Position numbers and translations under genes: made by a program. Source: an uncultured Fibrobacterota bacterium (GTDB taxonomy: Bacteria; Fibrobacterota; Chitinivibrionia; Chitinivibrionales; FEN-1185). Taken from it: DNA of 64,000 bases. The stretch spans positions 287,624 through 351,623 of the forward strand of contig CAVWBU010000027.1 of the NCBI GenBank assembly GCA_963753345.1, written 5' to 3'. Positions 18,861-28,315 of the stretch are shown here, piece after piece; the first letter of the stretch is position 1; each line of letters begins with the position of its first letter. The notes beneath the pieces are model-generated. The model was not told the DNA's origin. It made no database searches and saw nothing but the letters and a program-made list of their open reading frames with translations.

Positions 18861-19874
18861 TCACAGTGTTTCGAGAATGGAAGCATAGTCCGCTTCACCG
18901 ATCGTGCGGTTGAACTGGATCCGGACGGTCCCGGAACCGGTATCGTGATGAATTTCCCGCGCGGAAAGGGAAATGCCGCCTATTTCAAACGGGTCGTCGT
19001 GCCACTCAAAGGTGCCATCGTATTTGAAAAGCATGCCTCGTGGAGAAATATTAATCAGAAAAACCGGAAGAACGCGCTCGCCGAATATGAGCGACGTATG
19101 CTTTTCGACAAGCTGGCGTTCGTGGGCCCTGTCCGAAGTCGCGGTGAGGGTCTGCACCATTTTTCCCATGTTTGGTTCGCTGAGCGCTTCCTTGAAGATC
19201 AGCCTGCAGTTCTTATGCTTGAGGTCGTTGAACAGCGGCTCCGCATCAAAGGCGATCTCTCCTATTTTAACGGCAACCTGGGCCGCGTCGAAAAGACCGT
19301 CGTAGTAGAACATCATGCCCTTTTGGGAGACATTGACCACATAAGCGCGGATGTCTTTGCCGTTCAGCTTGATGTTGCTGTATTTGCCGATATTATGGCG
19401 GGGGTATTTCCGGTCGTCAACCTGCGACCTGGTCAATTCCTCCTTGATTGCATGGATCATGGAGTCGATGTTGGTCTTCATTTTCTCCTTGAGAATATGA
19501 CCGAGCACCTCCTCGATAACCGGAATGCCGAGATTATAATCGATGGTAAAGTAGATCTTGATGCCTTCGTTCTGAAAGTCCTCAACCTTCCACGTTCCGT
19601 TGATGTTCTCAAAATCGCCGTCTATCGATTCAAACCGCAGCTCGTAGTTGGCAACGTCGTAATAGTCGCGTTCCACCCAGCGCAGCGGCGCCTCTTCAAC
19701 CGTGACGAACCACTCCGATTTTCCGTCGGTCGGGGTTTTCTCAATGACGTTCACCTTGTCGACGTTCTCCATGATGGCTTCGTACCGGGAGTAGTCGGAG
19801 ATGATGGTCCAGGCGAATTCCTTACGCACCTTTCCCTTGAGCACCGCTTCGGTTGAGACTCGTTCGTAGGCCAT
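18861..19874 (-). CDS. SRPBCC (START/cyclase-dehydrase-like) domain fused to two PilZ domains
   Basis: 337 aa. The first ~140 aa have an SRPBCC-like pattern. Two PilZ signatures follow: RKYPR…NVSQKG and RAHER…NISPRG (RxxxR + D/NxSxxG). Confidence 0.8.
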   Translation of the reverse strand: MAYERVSTEAVLKGKVRKEFAWTIISDYSRYEAIMENVDKVNVIEKTPTDGKSEWFVTVEEAPLRWVERDYYDVANYELRFESIDGDFENINGTWKVEDFQNEGIKIYFTIDYNLGIPVIEEVLGHILKEKMKTNIDSMIHAIKEELTRSQVDDRKYPRHNIGKYSNIKLNGKDIRAYVVNVSQKGMMFYYDGLFDAAQVAVKIGEIAFDAEPLFNDLKHKNCRLIFKEALSEPNMGKMVQTLTATSDRAHERQLVEKHTSLIFGERVLPVFLINISPRGMLFKYDGTFEWHDDPFEIGGISLSAREIHHDTGSGTVRIQFNRTIGEADYASILETL

Positions 19875-20133
19875 GACTCAATTGCCCTGCTGGTTATTGT
19901 AGCGCATAAACTGAACCCGCGACAGATTTACTGTTCCGTGAAGAATGTGCATCGGCACCTGATATGATGTCTTCTCCAAGTGATGAAAGTGAGGAGAGAT
20001 TCTGCACGTCAAAGACGCTCATGACGCCAAACACGTTCTCGCTTTTTTTCTCGTCTGCGGCAGCATCCAGGCACTGGTGTGACTACGTTCACCTGGATTC
20101 GGCGTAACAAAGACATATCAAAGATAGAATTTG

Positions 20134-20149
20134 TTGCGCTAAAGCGCAA
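20134..20149 (-). terminator. possible terminator hairpin downstream of the bio operon
   Basis: Palindrome TTGCGCT-AA-AGCGCAA lies 56 nt after the bioG stop. On the minus strand it is followed by caaattctatcttt (T-rich). Short stem, weak call. Confidence 0.3.
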
Positions 20150-20204
20150 GCGCCGTGTTGAGCGTCCCGAGAATTCCCATTTTGCAACTTGCCGTGCGAC
20201 CACC

Positions 20205-20912
20205 CTATGATTCCGCTTTGCAGCCGATGAGCCGCCCTACATCCGGTTCTGCGGGCCCGGCAAAGAACGCGTGCCCGCCCGGCACCGAAACAAATCTGGA
20301 GCCCAAATCATCAGCCAGCGCTTTTCCCGCGGCCACGGGGACAATTGCATCCTCACTGCCGTTAAGAACCATGGAGGCACACCGCAATTTTGCCAGTACC
20401 GGAAGCAGGTTTGCCTGTTCGAGAAACAACAGGCCGGCAGCAAGCGAATTCACGCCGTACCGTGCGGATTGTAAAACATCAGGCGAAAGGCCGGCGGTCA
20501 GCAGAAAATCGCGCAGGACCGTATTCCCGGGTGTCGGAAGCCGTTGTCGCATGGCGGCCAGCACACTTGTCTTCCAGCCGGACCTGAACCCTTCACACCT
20601 GCAGAACGACGGCGTGGCGGACAGAAGAACCAGTTTGTGCGGTTCGCATCGTAGCGCAAGCGCGCCGGCGATTATCGCGCCGGTGGACCATCCGGCAACA
20701 GCGTTCGCCGTTGCAAGTTCATTTTCAAATGTTCGTTCGACTTTCGATACCCAATGGGACAGGAGCGTTTCACCGTCAAAAAGAGACGGCATCAACGGAT
20801 TCACATCCACGTATATGGCGCTGGCGCCGAACAGGGGCTGCAAAAGTTTTGGGCCAATGCCCCACCCTCCGAAAACAAGCCACCTGTCAACCATGGAGTT
20901 TTTTCCATTCAC
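20205..20912 (-). CDS. bioG: pimeloyl-ACP methyl ester esterase, BioG/DUF452-like alpha/beta hydrolase
   Basis: N-terminal LVFGGWG and nucleophile elbow AGWSTG. It is the last gene of the bio operon. The start (20912 or 20894) overlaps the bioF 3' end. Confidence 0.6.
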   Translation of the reverse strand: MNGKNSMVDRWLVFGGWGIGPKLLQPLFGASAIYVDVNPLMPSLFDGETLLSHWVSKVERTFENELATANAVAGWSTGAIIAGALALRCEPHKLVLLSATPSFCRCEGFRSGWKTSVLAAMRQRLPTPGNTVLRDFLLTAGLSPDVLQSARYGVNSLAAGLLFLEQANLLPVLAKLRCASMVLNGSEDAIVPVAAGKALADDLGSRFVSVPGGHAFFAGPAEPDVGRLIGCKAES

Positions 20913-22033
20913 CGAGTGTGTCGATCACAAATGCTATATCTGCGTCCGACAGCCCGGAATGCACCGAGAACCGGACGCGTGCCTTGCCCTGCGGGACCGT
21001 GGGCGGCCGGATGGCCGGCGCCTTAATGCCGCGCGTACGAAGAAAAGCTGAGAGCTCGACGGCTTGTTTATCGCTTCCCGCAAGGCACGGCACGATCTGC
21101 GTCGAGGAATTAAGCGTGTCGAAGCCGCAATCGCGGATTCCCTCTCGCAGAATACGCGCTTTTGTCAATAGTGCCGGGCCGAGCCCGGGGTGTTTGCGGC
21201 AGATGACGCACCGCGGCAAGGTCATGCGCCAGCACCGACTGCGGCAGCCCCGTGGAATAGACAAGGCTGCGCGCCAGGTTGACAAAACAGTCTCTGAAGA
21301 ACGAATTGCCCGCAAAGAAACCGCCCAATCCGGCAACGGCCTTGCTGAGCGTTCCCATCACAACGTCGATCCCGCTCTCCACGCCGCATTCCTCCACCAA
21401 CCCGGCAAGCGTTTTCCCGAACACGCCCGTTGCGTGAGCCTCGTCGACCATCACCATGCAGCCGAACTGCTTTGCAAGCCCGCAGATGTCGGCAAGCGGC
21501 GCCGTGTCGCCGTCCATGCTGAACACGGAATCGGTGACAATGAGCCGTTCCTTCTTTGTGGAGACCGCAAGTCTGTCCCTTAGATCCGTCATGTCGCAAT
21601 GGCAATACCGCACGAGCGCCGCGCCCGACAGGCGCACGCCGTCGAGGATCGAGGCGTGATTGAGCCGGTCGCAGAAGACCTCGGTGTCACGCCCGCACAG
21701 GGCCTGAATGATGCCCAGGTTCGCGCATACCCGGAATTAAACACCAGCGCCGCCTCGGTTTTTTTCCACTGGGCAAGCTCCAGTTCGAGTGCGTCGTAAA
21801 GCGGCGAACGGGTTTCGATGAGACGCGAGGCGAGATTTCCCGAAAAGCAAGAATCCGCCAGACGTTCTGCCTCCGACCTGACCTCGGGATCGGTATGCAG
21901 CGAACAATAGCTGTTGGTCGGCGAGATCGAGGCGCGCGCCGCAAGGCGACGGGCCCATTGTCCTGAACAGGTCGAGGCTTTTTCTGCTGTCAAGTTCCGC
22001 GTCCAGGCGGTCGTATATAGGCGAGTCATTCAT
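20887..22033 (-). pseudogene. bioF: 8-amino-7-oxononanoate synthase, three frame breaks
   Basis: Fragments in ORFs 21737-22249 (MNDSPIYDRL…), 21589-22029 (…NSYCSLHTDPEV…ALVFNSGY), 21110-21637 (…DSVFSMDGD…VDEAHATG…GTLSKA) and 20887-21336 (…IRPPTVPQGKARVRFS). Switches at about 21920, 21722 and 21205. The ATG at 22033 overlaps the bioA stop by 8 nt. Confidence 0.85.
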
Positions 22034-23366
22034 GGAGAATGTCTCTAACTGCTTTGGTGGTGACCGCAAACATGGTACTGATCTGTTCTTCGGTGATAAT
22101 ATACGGCGGGACAAAATACAGCACGTTTCCCAGGGGACGGATGAGAACGCCGTTTTCCAGCGCTTTTTGCGCGATACGGAATGGCACGCGTTTTTCCGGA
22201 AGAAAAGGCGATTTGGTTTTCCTGTCCGCCACAAGTTCGATTGCGCCAATCATGCCGATGGACTTCACGTCCCCGACCTCATCAATGCCGCGCAAGGCTT
22301 CAAGCCCTTTTCTGAAAAACTCCATCTTCGTTTCGAGCGACCCAGGGATATTCTCTTCTCGCATTATGGCAAGTGTTTCGCAGGCCGCTGCGGCAGCAAG
22401 CGGGTTCCCGGTAAAGGAGTGACCGTGAGCCAGTTCCTTTCCCGCAAGGTGATTGCCGCAGAATGCCGCATAGACCTCCTCGCGCGCAACGGTCGCCGCC
22501 ATGGGCAAACAGCCGCCCGTGAGCCCTTTTGCAAGGCACATGATGTCGGGCGTTACGCCGGCATGCTCGCACGCGAAAAGTTTTCCGGTGCGGCCGAAAC
22601 CGGTCGCCACCTCATCGGCAATGGTGAGCACGCCATGGACTTTACAGGCTGCAAAAAGGCGCTTGAGCACCTTGGCCGGATACACGCGCATGCCTGCCGC
22701 GCCCTGAACCATGGGCTCAAAAATGCACGCAGCAATCGTGTCGCCCTTTTCGTCAAGGATGCGTTCAAGCGATTTCATGCATTCGGCGCCGCAGGTCTCT
22801 TTTTCCATGCCGCAAGGGCAGCGGTAGCAGTATGGTGCGTCCGCGTACCACTGCGACTTGAACGCTTTGTGAAAGAGCGAGTGATACGCGGGAATGTTTC
22901 CAACCGACATTGCCCCGAGCGTGTCACCATGGTAGCCGCCGGAGAGCGAAACAAAGGCGGTGCGCGGTTCTCCCCTTGCCGCCCGGTATTGCAGCGCAAT
23001 TTTGAGCGCCACCTCAACCGCTGTGGAACCGTCGTCGGAATAAAAGATGCGCGCAAGTTCCTTCGGCAGCAGCGCCGCAAGCCTGTGCGAAAGTTCGAGC
23101 GCAGGCTCCGAAATAAACCCTGCCATAAGGACGTGTTCAAGTTTGTCCGCTTGATTCTTGACAGCCCTGATTATCCGCGGATGGCAATGCCCCAGAACCG
23201 ACACCCACCATGATCCTATTGCGTCAAGGTAGCGCCTTCCGTTTTTATCGAAAAGGTAAACACCCTCGCCGCGGGTAATCACGGCCGGCGGATAGTCGCG
23301 GACGTCATCCGAACACGTGAAGGGAAACCAGAGACGGTTGAAGGGGTCAGCGGAGGAGTTCATCAC
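22026..23366 (-). CDS. bioA: adenosylmethionine-8-amino-7-oxononanoate aminotransferase
   Basis: 446 aa, intact. Class-III aminotransferase pattern (SWWVSVLGH…, DEVATGFGRTG) in a bio-operon context. Confidence 0.92.
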   Translation of the reverse strand: MMNSSADPFNRLWFPFTCSDDVRDYPPAVITRGEGVYLFDKNGRRYLDAIGSWWVSVLGHCHPRIIRAVKNQADKLEHVLMAGFISEPALELSHRLAALLPKELARIFYSDDGSTAVEVALKIALQYRAARGEPRTAFVSLSGGYHGDTLGAMSVGNIPAYHSLFHKAFKSQWYADAPYCYRCPCGMEKETCGAECMKSLERILDEKGDTIAACIFEPMVQGAAGMRVYPAKVLKRLFAACKVHGVLTIADEVATGFGRTGKLFACEHAGVTPDIMCLAKGLTGGCLPMAATVAREEVYAAFCGNHLAGKELAHGHSFTGNPLAAAAACETLAIMREENIPGSLETKMEFFRKGLEALRGIDEVGDVKSIGMIGAIELVADRKTKSPFLPEKRVPFRIAQKALENGVLIRPLGNVLYFVPPYIITEEQISTMFAVTTKAVRDILHE

Positions 23367-24048
23367 AAAACTCCTTGGTCTTCTTCAAACAGCGGCATCC
23401 ATACGGCACCACGAGAAACGGCACGTTTCGTGCGTAATTGCGAAGCGTTCTGACGTTGTCGCGGTAGATAAAATCATCTCGGACATTATTACGGTTATTG
23501 ATAACCAGGCCCGCCAGCGAAAGGCCGGCGGCCTCAATCGCGCACATGGTGAGAAACGTATGGTTGAGCGTGCCCAGTTCGGGAGTGGTGACGAGAACGA
23601 CGGGCAGCTTGAGCAGCTCCATGAGATTGACAGTGAGCACCGATGGACCAAGCGGAACCATCACTCCCCCTGCGCCCTCAGCGAATACGCATCCGCCGCG
23701 CATACCGGGAAGGCTTCGTATCATGTCAAGACTTCGTTTGATTTTCCGGATTGAAACTTGCGCGTGCGCGCGCTGTGCAGCCAGATGCGGTGAACACGCG
23801 GGAACAAACCGGTACGGAACGTGAATGTGATCCGCGCCAAGGACCAGACCGCCCGACTTTCTGACATATTCAAAGTCCGGAGCGCTAAGCATGCCGTCTT
23901 TCAATTGCCTGCATCCGGTTTGCACCGGTTTCATGTACGAAACCGGAACAAATGCGGCCATCGCCTCAACGAGCAGCCGGCTCACAAATGTTTTTCCGAC
24001 GTCGGTGCCGGTGCCGGTGACAAAAAATCCGATTGACTTAGCCTTCAT
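23347..24048 (-). CDS. bioD: dethiobiotin synthetase
   Basis: 233 aa. N-terminal P-loop FFVTGTGTDVGKT. Overlaps the bioA start by 20 nt. Confidence 0.9.
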   Translation of the reverse strand: MKAKSIGFFVTGTGTDVGKTFVSRLLVEAMAAFVPVSYMKPVQTGCRQLKDGMLSAPDFEYVRKSGGLVLGADHIHVPYRFVPACSPHLAAQRAHAQVSIRKIKRSLDMIRSLPGMRGGCVFAEGAGGVMVPLGPSVLTVNLMELLKLPVVLVTTPELGTLNHTFLTMCAIEAAGLSLAGLVINNRNNVRDDFIYRDNVRTLRNYARNVPFLVVPYGCRCLKKTKEFCDELLR

Positions 24049-24054
24049 ACGAAA

Positions 24055-24819
24055 TCATTTCTTGATTGCAAGTCCATAGGCGACATTGATGGAGAGCGGA
24101 ACCCCGGAAGGCTCGTTATGCCTTTCTCCATATTCCCTGCACAGTCTTATTATTTCCTGCAGAGAAAGGCGCTTCCCCTCGACCGCGGTGCTGCCCGTCT
24201 CGCTCATGTACTTGAGCGCATCCATGGCAGAGGCAAAGCGGTACTGCTTTGCAAAGGATAAATACGTCCGGCAGTCGAATCCCGATGCGGCCAACAGCGC
24301 CGAAAAATCGTCGCGCGAAGGAAGACGTACCGGAACGGAAAGATTGCGCTCCTGGCGCAGGGAAAATATTTCGGCAAAAGAACCTTGCAGAAATGCGGCG
24401 AATACCAGCGCGCCGCCGGCAGCCAGAATGCGGTGCAATTCCCCCATGCCTTTGGATGGATCCGCCAGCCAGTGTAACACCGAGGCGACCACTGCGCCGC
24501 CGAACACCCCGCTTTTGAACGGCAACCCCTCAATGTCGGACTGAACCGCGCCGGAGCTTCTGCGGCAACGCAGCATTCCGTATGCCAGATCGGTGCGCAT
24601 CAATCTGACAGGAACCTTGTGATCGATAAGCAACCCTGCCATGCCGCCTGCGCCGCAGCCGGCGTCAAGCCAAGGCAGGCTTAGCCAGCCCGCGGTCTTT
24701 ACAAGAGGAACAAGCATTGCAAGGATCTGTTTCTGGATATACGCTTCCTCCTGGTATCCGTTTGCTTTTGCGGAAAATGTCGCGGCAATGCAGCGTTTGG
24801 ACGGAATTTGTACAATCAT
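24055..24819 (-). CDS. bioC: malonyl-ACP O-methyltransferase (class I SAM-MTase)
   Basis: 254 aa. SAM motif I LDAGCGAGG. First gene of the bioC-D-A-F-G array. Confidence 0.8.
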   Translation of the reverse strand: MIVQIPSKRCIAATFSAKANGYQEEAYIQKQILAMLVPLVKTAGWLSLPWLDAGCGAGGMAGLLIDHKVPVRLMRTDLAYGMLRCRRSSGAVQSDIEGLPFKSGVFGGAVVASVLHWLADPSKGMGELHRILAAGGALVFAAFLQGSFAEIFSLRQERNLSVPVRLPSRDDFSALLAASGFDCRTYLSFAKQYRFASAMDALKYMSETGSTAVEGKRLSLQEIIRLCREYGERHNEPSGVPLSINVAYGLAIKK

Positions 24820-25094
24820 GGCTTCGGTTCAAAATAACTTACGGACATCGATACCAAGGCGGATGGCCAGCCTCTTCCCGACCCTTTTGACGACATCCGA
24901 TATTCCCGGCTTTGCGGGGATTGAGTTTTTTCCCGTAAAGCAGGGCCGAAACATGTGAAAAATTTACCAGTTGCAGGGCATGTTTTCTATTTGCAAATCA
25001 ACAGGATAAGCGGCAACCATAAACCGGAATCTTCCTTACCGTCAGGAAGAAAAAATACATGCGGAAATCCCGGGAAATATTATAGATTACTCAG

Positions 25095-25137
25095 GGAAAA
25101 AATCCGCGACAGCTTTTCTTTCCTGAAAAAGCGGATT
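25095..25137 (-). terminator. orphan terminator-like hairpin in the bio leader region
   Basis: Arms aatccgc (25101-25107) and gcggatt (25131-25137). On the minus strand a T6 tract follows. There is no upstream minus-strand gene for it to terminate. Confidence 0.35.
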
Positions 25138-25241
25138 GTCCGGGGTGGCTGCCAACCGTTTCGCTTCCGGAGTGAGGGGTAATATATTATTTTTAAAGGC
25201 TATCCCATTCATAGGTAAGGACACCACCCTTCTATATTATT

Positions 25242-26390
25242 ATGTGCCCATCAAACTTCACTATAAAATTTCCTGTTGCCATTGTTGTGTCTGCACTTGC
25301 ATGCCTTGCATTGTTATCGTGCAGCGATTGGATATACAAGCCGAGTCAATTCCTTACCCCGGTACCACCGCCGCCGCCCAATGCATTTGTTTCCAAAGAC
25401 AGTCTTTCCGCTTTTGTCGGTACGCAAAATGTCAAATTGGCATATACGAAAGTGATTGTCGGTGGAACTCAACTGCTGTATTTTGTTGATTTCAATGATA
25501 GCTCGGTTACTCCCAAATTGCTCAAGAAGCCGAGCGACAAGCCGGATTGGGCCGCCTGGTGCCCGATAATTTCTCCTGACGGTAACCTTGTGACATACTA
25601 TCTTGTTGATCCTTCAAACATCAAGCACGCGGCGGCTTATTGCCAGAAGCTCGATACCAGCGCGGTGCCGAATCTTATCGACGATCCGGGCAGCGATCCT
25701 CATTTTTTCAATGATATCAACAAAAATTTATACATTACCTATGCCGATACGACGGATGAGGTGGACGCTACTTACAGCATGTTGACAACCAAGCATACCT
25801 ATCGAGTGCAAATCAGCGCCAGTACAGGGGCGAAAACAGGAACAAAAGATTCCATTGCGCCGTTCCCTTTTTATGGCGGCGTGTCGTACGATGGCGCCTA
25901 CATTTGCACAGGATATATTAACGCTTATATCTTCAATATTTCCACGCAGACCTTTTTCTCTGTCAATACCGGTAAACAGACCTGCAATCCTTCGACGACG
26001 CCGGACTCGCTGCTCACCGGCCGCATGATGTTCCTGAACATCGGCGGCATCCAAAACCTGAATAACATGGGCGCGCTGACGGTAACCAACCTTCCGGAAC
26101 ATCAGTATGTTCTGATTGCGGACACCGCCAACAATCTTGTCAACAGTTTCAACGTCGGCCAGATCCTGCCCGACTATGCAAGCGGTGAATGGCAATGTCC
26201 GAAATGGTCGAACATTTCGAATTTCTTCTGCGCGCTAGCAACAAAATCAACGAGCGGCCAAACCATTGTCTACGACTGTTTTATCGTCTCGATTGCTCCG
26301 ACTACAAGAGCCTTGTTGCTGAATGTCAAGCCCGACCTGCTTCAATTCAACAGCACATCAAAACCCTATGTTTATATAGGGGGAAAATGA
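25242..26390 (+). CDS. lipoprotein with PD40/TolB-like beta-propeller repeats
   Basis: The signal peptide plus lipobox ends in LLSC. Contains an ISPDGNLVTYY-type repeat. 382 aa. Confidence 0.65.
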   Translation: MCPSNFTIKFPVAIVVSALACLALLSCSDWIYKPSQFLTPVPPPPPNAFVSKDSLSAFVGTQNVKLAYTKVIVGGTQLLYFVDFNDSSVTPKLLKKPSDKPDWAAWCPIISPDGNLVTYYLVDPSNIKHAAAYCQKLDTSAVPNLIDDPGSDPHFFNDINKNLYITYADTTDEVDATYSMLTTKHTYRVQISASTGAKTGTKDSIAPFPFYGGVSYDGAYICTGYINAYIFNISTQTFFSVNTGKQTCNPSTTPDSLLTGRMMFLNIGGIQNLNNMGALTVTNLPEHQYVLIADTANNLVNSFNVGQILPDYASGEWQCPKWSNISNFFCALATKSTSGQTIVYDCFIVSIAPTTRALLLNVKPDLLQFNSTSKPYVYIGGK

Positions 26391-27581
26391 CCTCGAATAG
26401 CGCGGGCAAAAACATGCGGATTCCGTTTTTTAACGGGTTTCTATTCCTGGGGATGTTTTTGCCGGCAATCATTTTACTCACGATGTTTACCCTCGACCGG
26501 AACGGCCGCGCCATTGTCACAACAACGCCGTGGGCCTGTGTCGGGGGCTGCGGCGCGGGAGGATCGGGCGGCGCCGGGGGTGCCACGGCAAAATGGATAG
26601 GAAACGGGGTCAGCGGCGGACTTCTCGACATCCAGGCAATGTATTCTTCGACCGCGACAAAAACATCCGATGCAAAGGCCCTTGAACTTCGCTTCAGCAT
26701 CAAGCCGACGTATACCGGCGTTCTGGCGCTCACCGTTCCGTTTTCATCAAAATCAGGTTCCTTGCAAGTGTCGGCCCTCTACTCCCCTACGACGGGGCTT
26801 ATCAATAACGGTCTGGGCGATCTCCGCGTGGACTACATAGGCGCCTTCGGTCTGTCGGGCGACTTCAGCTATGATGTTACGCTCTCGGTTCCGACCGGTT
26901 CCTACACCGCAACGACCGGCGAGGAAAAGGCCCTGCAATATCTTCCGACCAGCCTGCAACTCGGCGCCGGCATCTACAATCTCAGCCTTGATCTTGGAAA
27001 AACAATCGACATGGACAAGAGCCTGGTGCTGATTGATCTCGTCTATTCGTATCCTTTCAACATCAACTTTTACGGAAAAGACCAATATTACAATTTCACT
27101 CCGCAGCAGAAAGACATGATGACCAGTGCGGAAAAGAAACGGTTCTATTATTACTTCAAACCCTATGGAGAAAACGATCTTGGCGGGTACACTCCTCCCA
27201 GCATCATGGCGTCGGCGATTTTATGGATATAGGGGGATAGAGAATTTTGTCCATTCCTTCGGGCTGATGTTTTCCGTCCCGCTCGGAGTCGATTGGATTC
27301 CTTCCATGGGAAACGGAACTCCGTATGATCCTACCCCGGACCCGGATAATCAAGTCTGGAACGCCACCTTATGCTACGGGCTCGAATTCACCCGGTCCAA
27401 TTTTCCGATATTCATCGCGGCGTATCTTCCAATCCATGCAAAGACCGCTTCTGCGACAAATGCCCAGGCAGGAAATCCGTACGATCCGACCCCCATGGAA
27501 GACTGGTCACGCGGGCCGGACTGGAACGACGTGTTTCATCGCTGGTCGGTGTTTGTCGGCGTAAAAACATCTTTATTCTAA
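26387..27581 (+). pseudogene. outer-membrane beta-barrel protein, one frame break at 27219-27222 (T4 run)
   Basis: The ATG at 26387 overlaps the upstream stop (ATGA). Sequence shows alternating beta-strand patterning and a Gly-rich linker. The continuation in ORF 27126-27581 ends …VGVKTSLF (C-terminal Phe, an OMP signature). Confidence 0.65.
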
Positions 27582-27601
27582 TGTAAACGGAAGGCTTCAC
27601 C

Positions 27602-28276
27602 ATGAAAAAATCAATGGCGTTTGCAATCGTATCGGCACTCTGTGCAATGACATTTCTGGGGGTTTCCTGCGGTAACCCAACGTCGGTAAAGACCCCTATT
27701 GCCATTACAAAACCCGGTGCAGGACAAAAAGCCGCGGCAGGAGACACGCTGCTGGTTGCCTGGACCCAACCGGTTGCCAGTCCGAAGATTTCTTACAATT
27801 ACAACTTTGGGGCCGGGTGGCAGCAATTCGCGTCCGTTATCCCGGTTGATAATTATTCCGCAAAAGCCGTTCTCCCCATAACCTCATTTACCGACAGTTT
27901 TCAGATCATGGTCGAAGACAACGGCAATACGTATGCCGCAGGGACCAGCGCTCTCTTTTCCGTCAAGTACATCGTTATCACGTCTCCGACGGCCGGACAG
28001 ACTTTTTCCGTCGGTCAAACCGTCACCATAACATGGAAAGACACTCCGGCCAAGCTGTCCTCTCTTCGAGTCCGACTGTCGACAGACGGCGGCAGGTCAT
28101 TCGGCGAGATGTTGACCTCATCGATAAGCGATCTTTCGCAGACATCCTACGCATGGGTCATCGGTTCAGAACCGGGAGGGTCCTTTTCCTATCCAAGTTC
28201 CTCGTGCGTCCTGAGAATCCAAGACTACACCAACGACCAACTGTTTGACGTCACCGGCACTTTTAGCGTGCAGTAA
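27602..28276 (+). CDS. lipoprotein with two Ig-like/Kre9-type repeats
   Basis: Lipobox LGVSC. Internal duplication: ITKPGAGQKAAAGDTLLVAW / ITSPTAGQTFSVGQTVTITW. Confidence 0.65.
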   Translation: MKKSMAFAIVSALCAMTFLGVSCGNPTSVKTPIAITKPGAGQKAAAGDTLLVAWTQPVASPKISYNYNFGAGWQQFASVIPVDNYSAKAVLPITSFTDSFQIMVEDNGNTYAAGTSALFSVKYIVITSPTAGQTFSVGQTVTITWKDTPAKLSSLRVRLSTDGGRSFGEMLTSSISDLSQTSYAWVIGSEPGGSFSYPSSSCVLRIQDYTNDQLFDVTGTFSVQ

Positions 28277-28315
28277 AGGAAACAGCGGACGCGCCTGCAG
28301 GCGCGCTTGTGCATC

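Noticed and set aside
28277-28315. GC-rich palindrome cgcgcctgcaggcgcg after the lipoprotein gene, as a possible terminator.
   Set aside because: It has a 6-bp stem with a 4-nt loop and no T-tract. It sits immediately before the next co-directional start, so it is more likely incidental.
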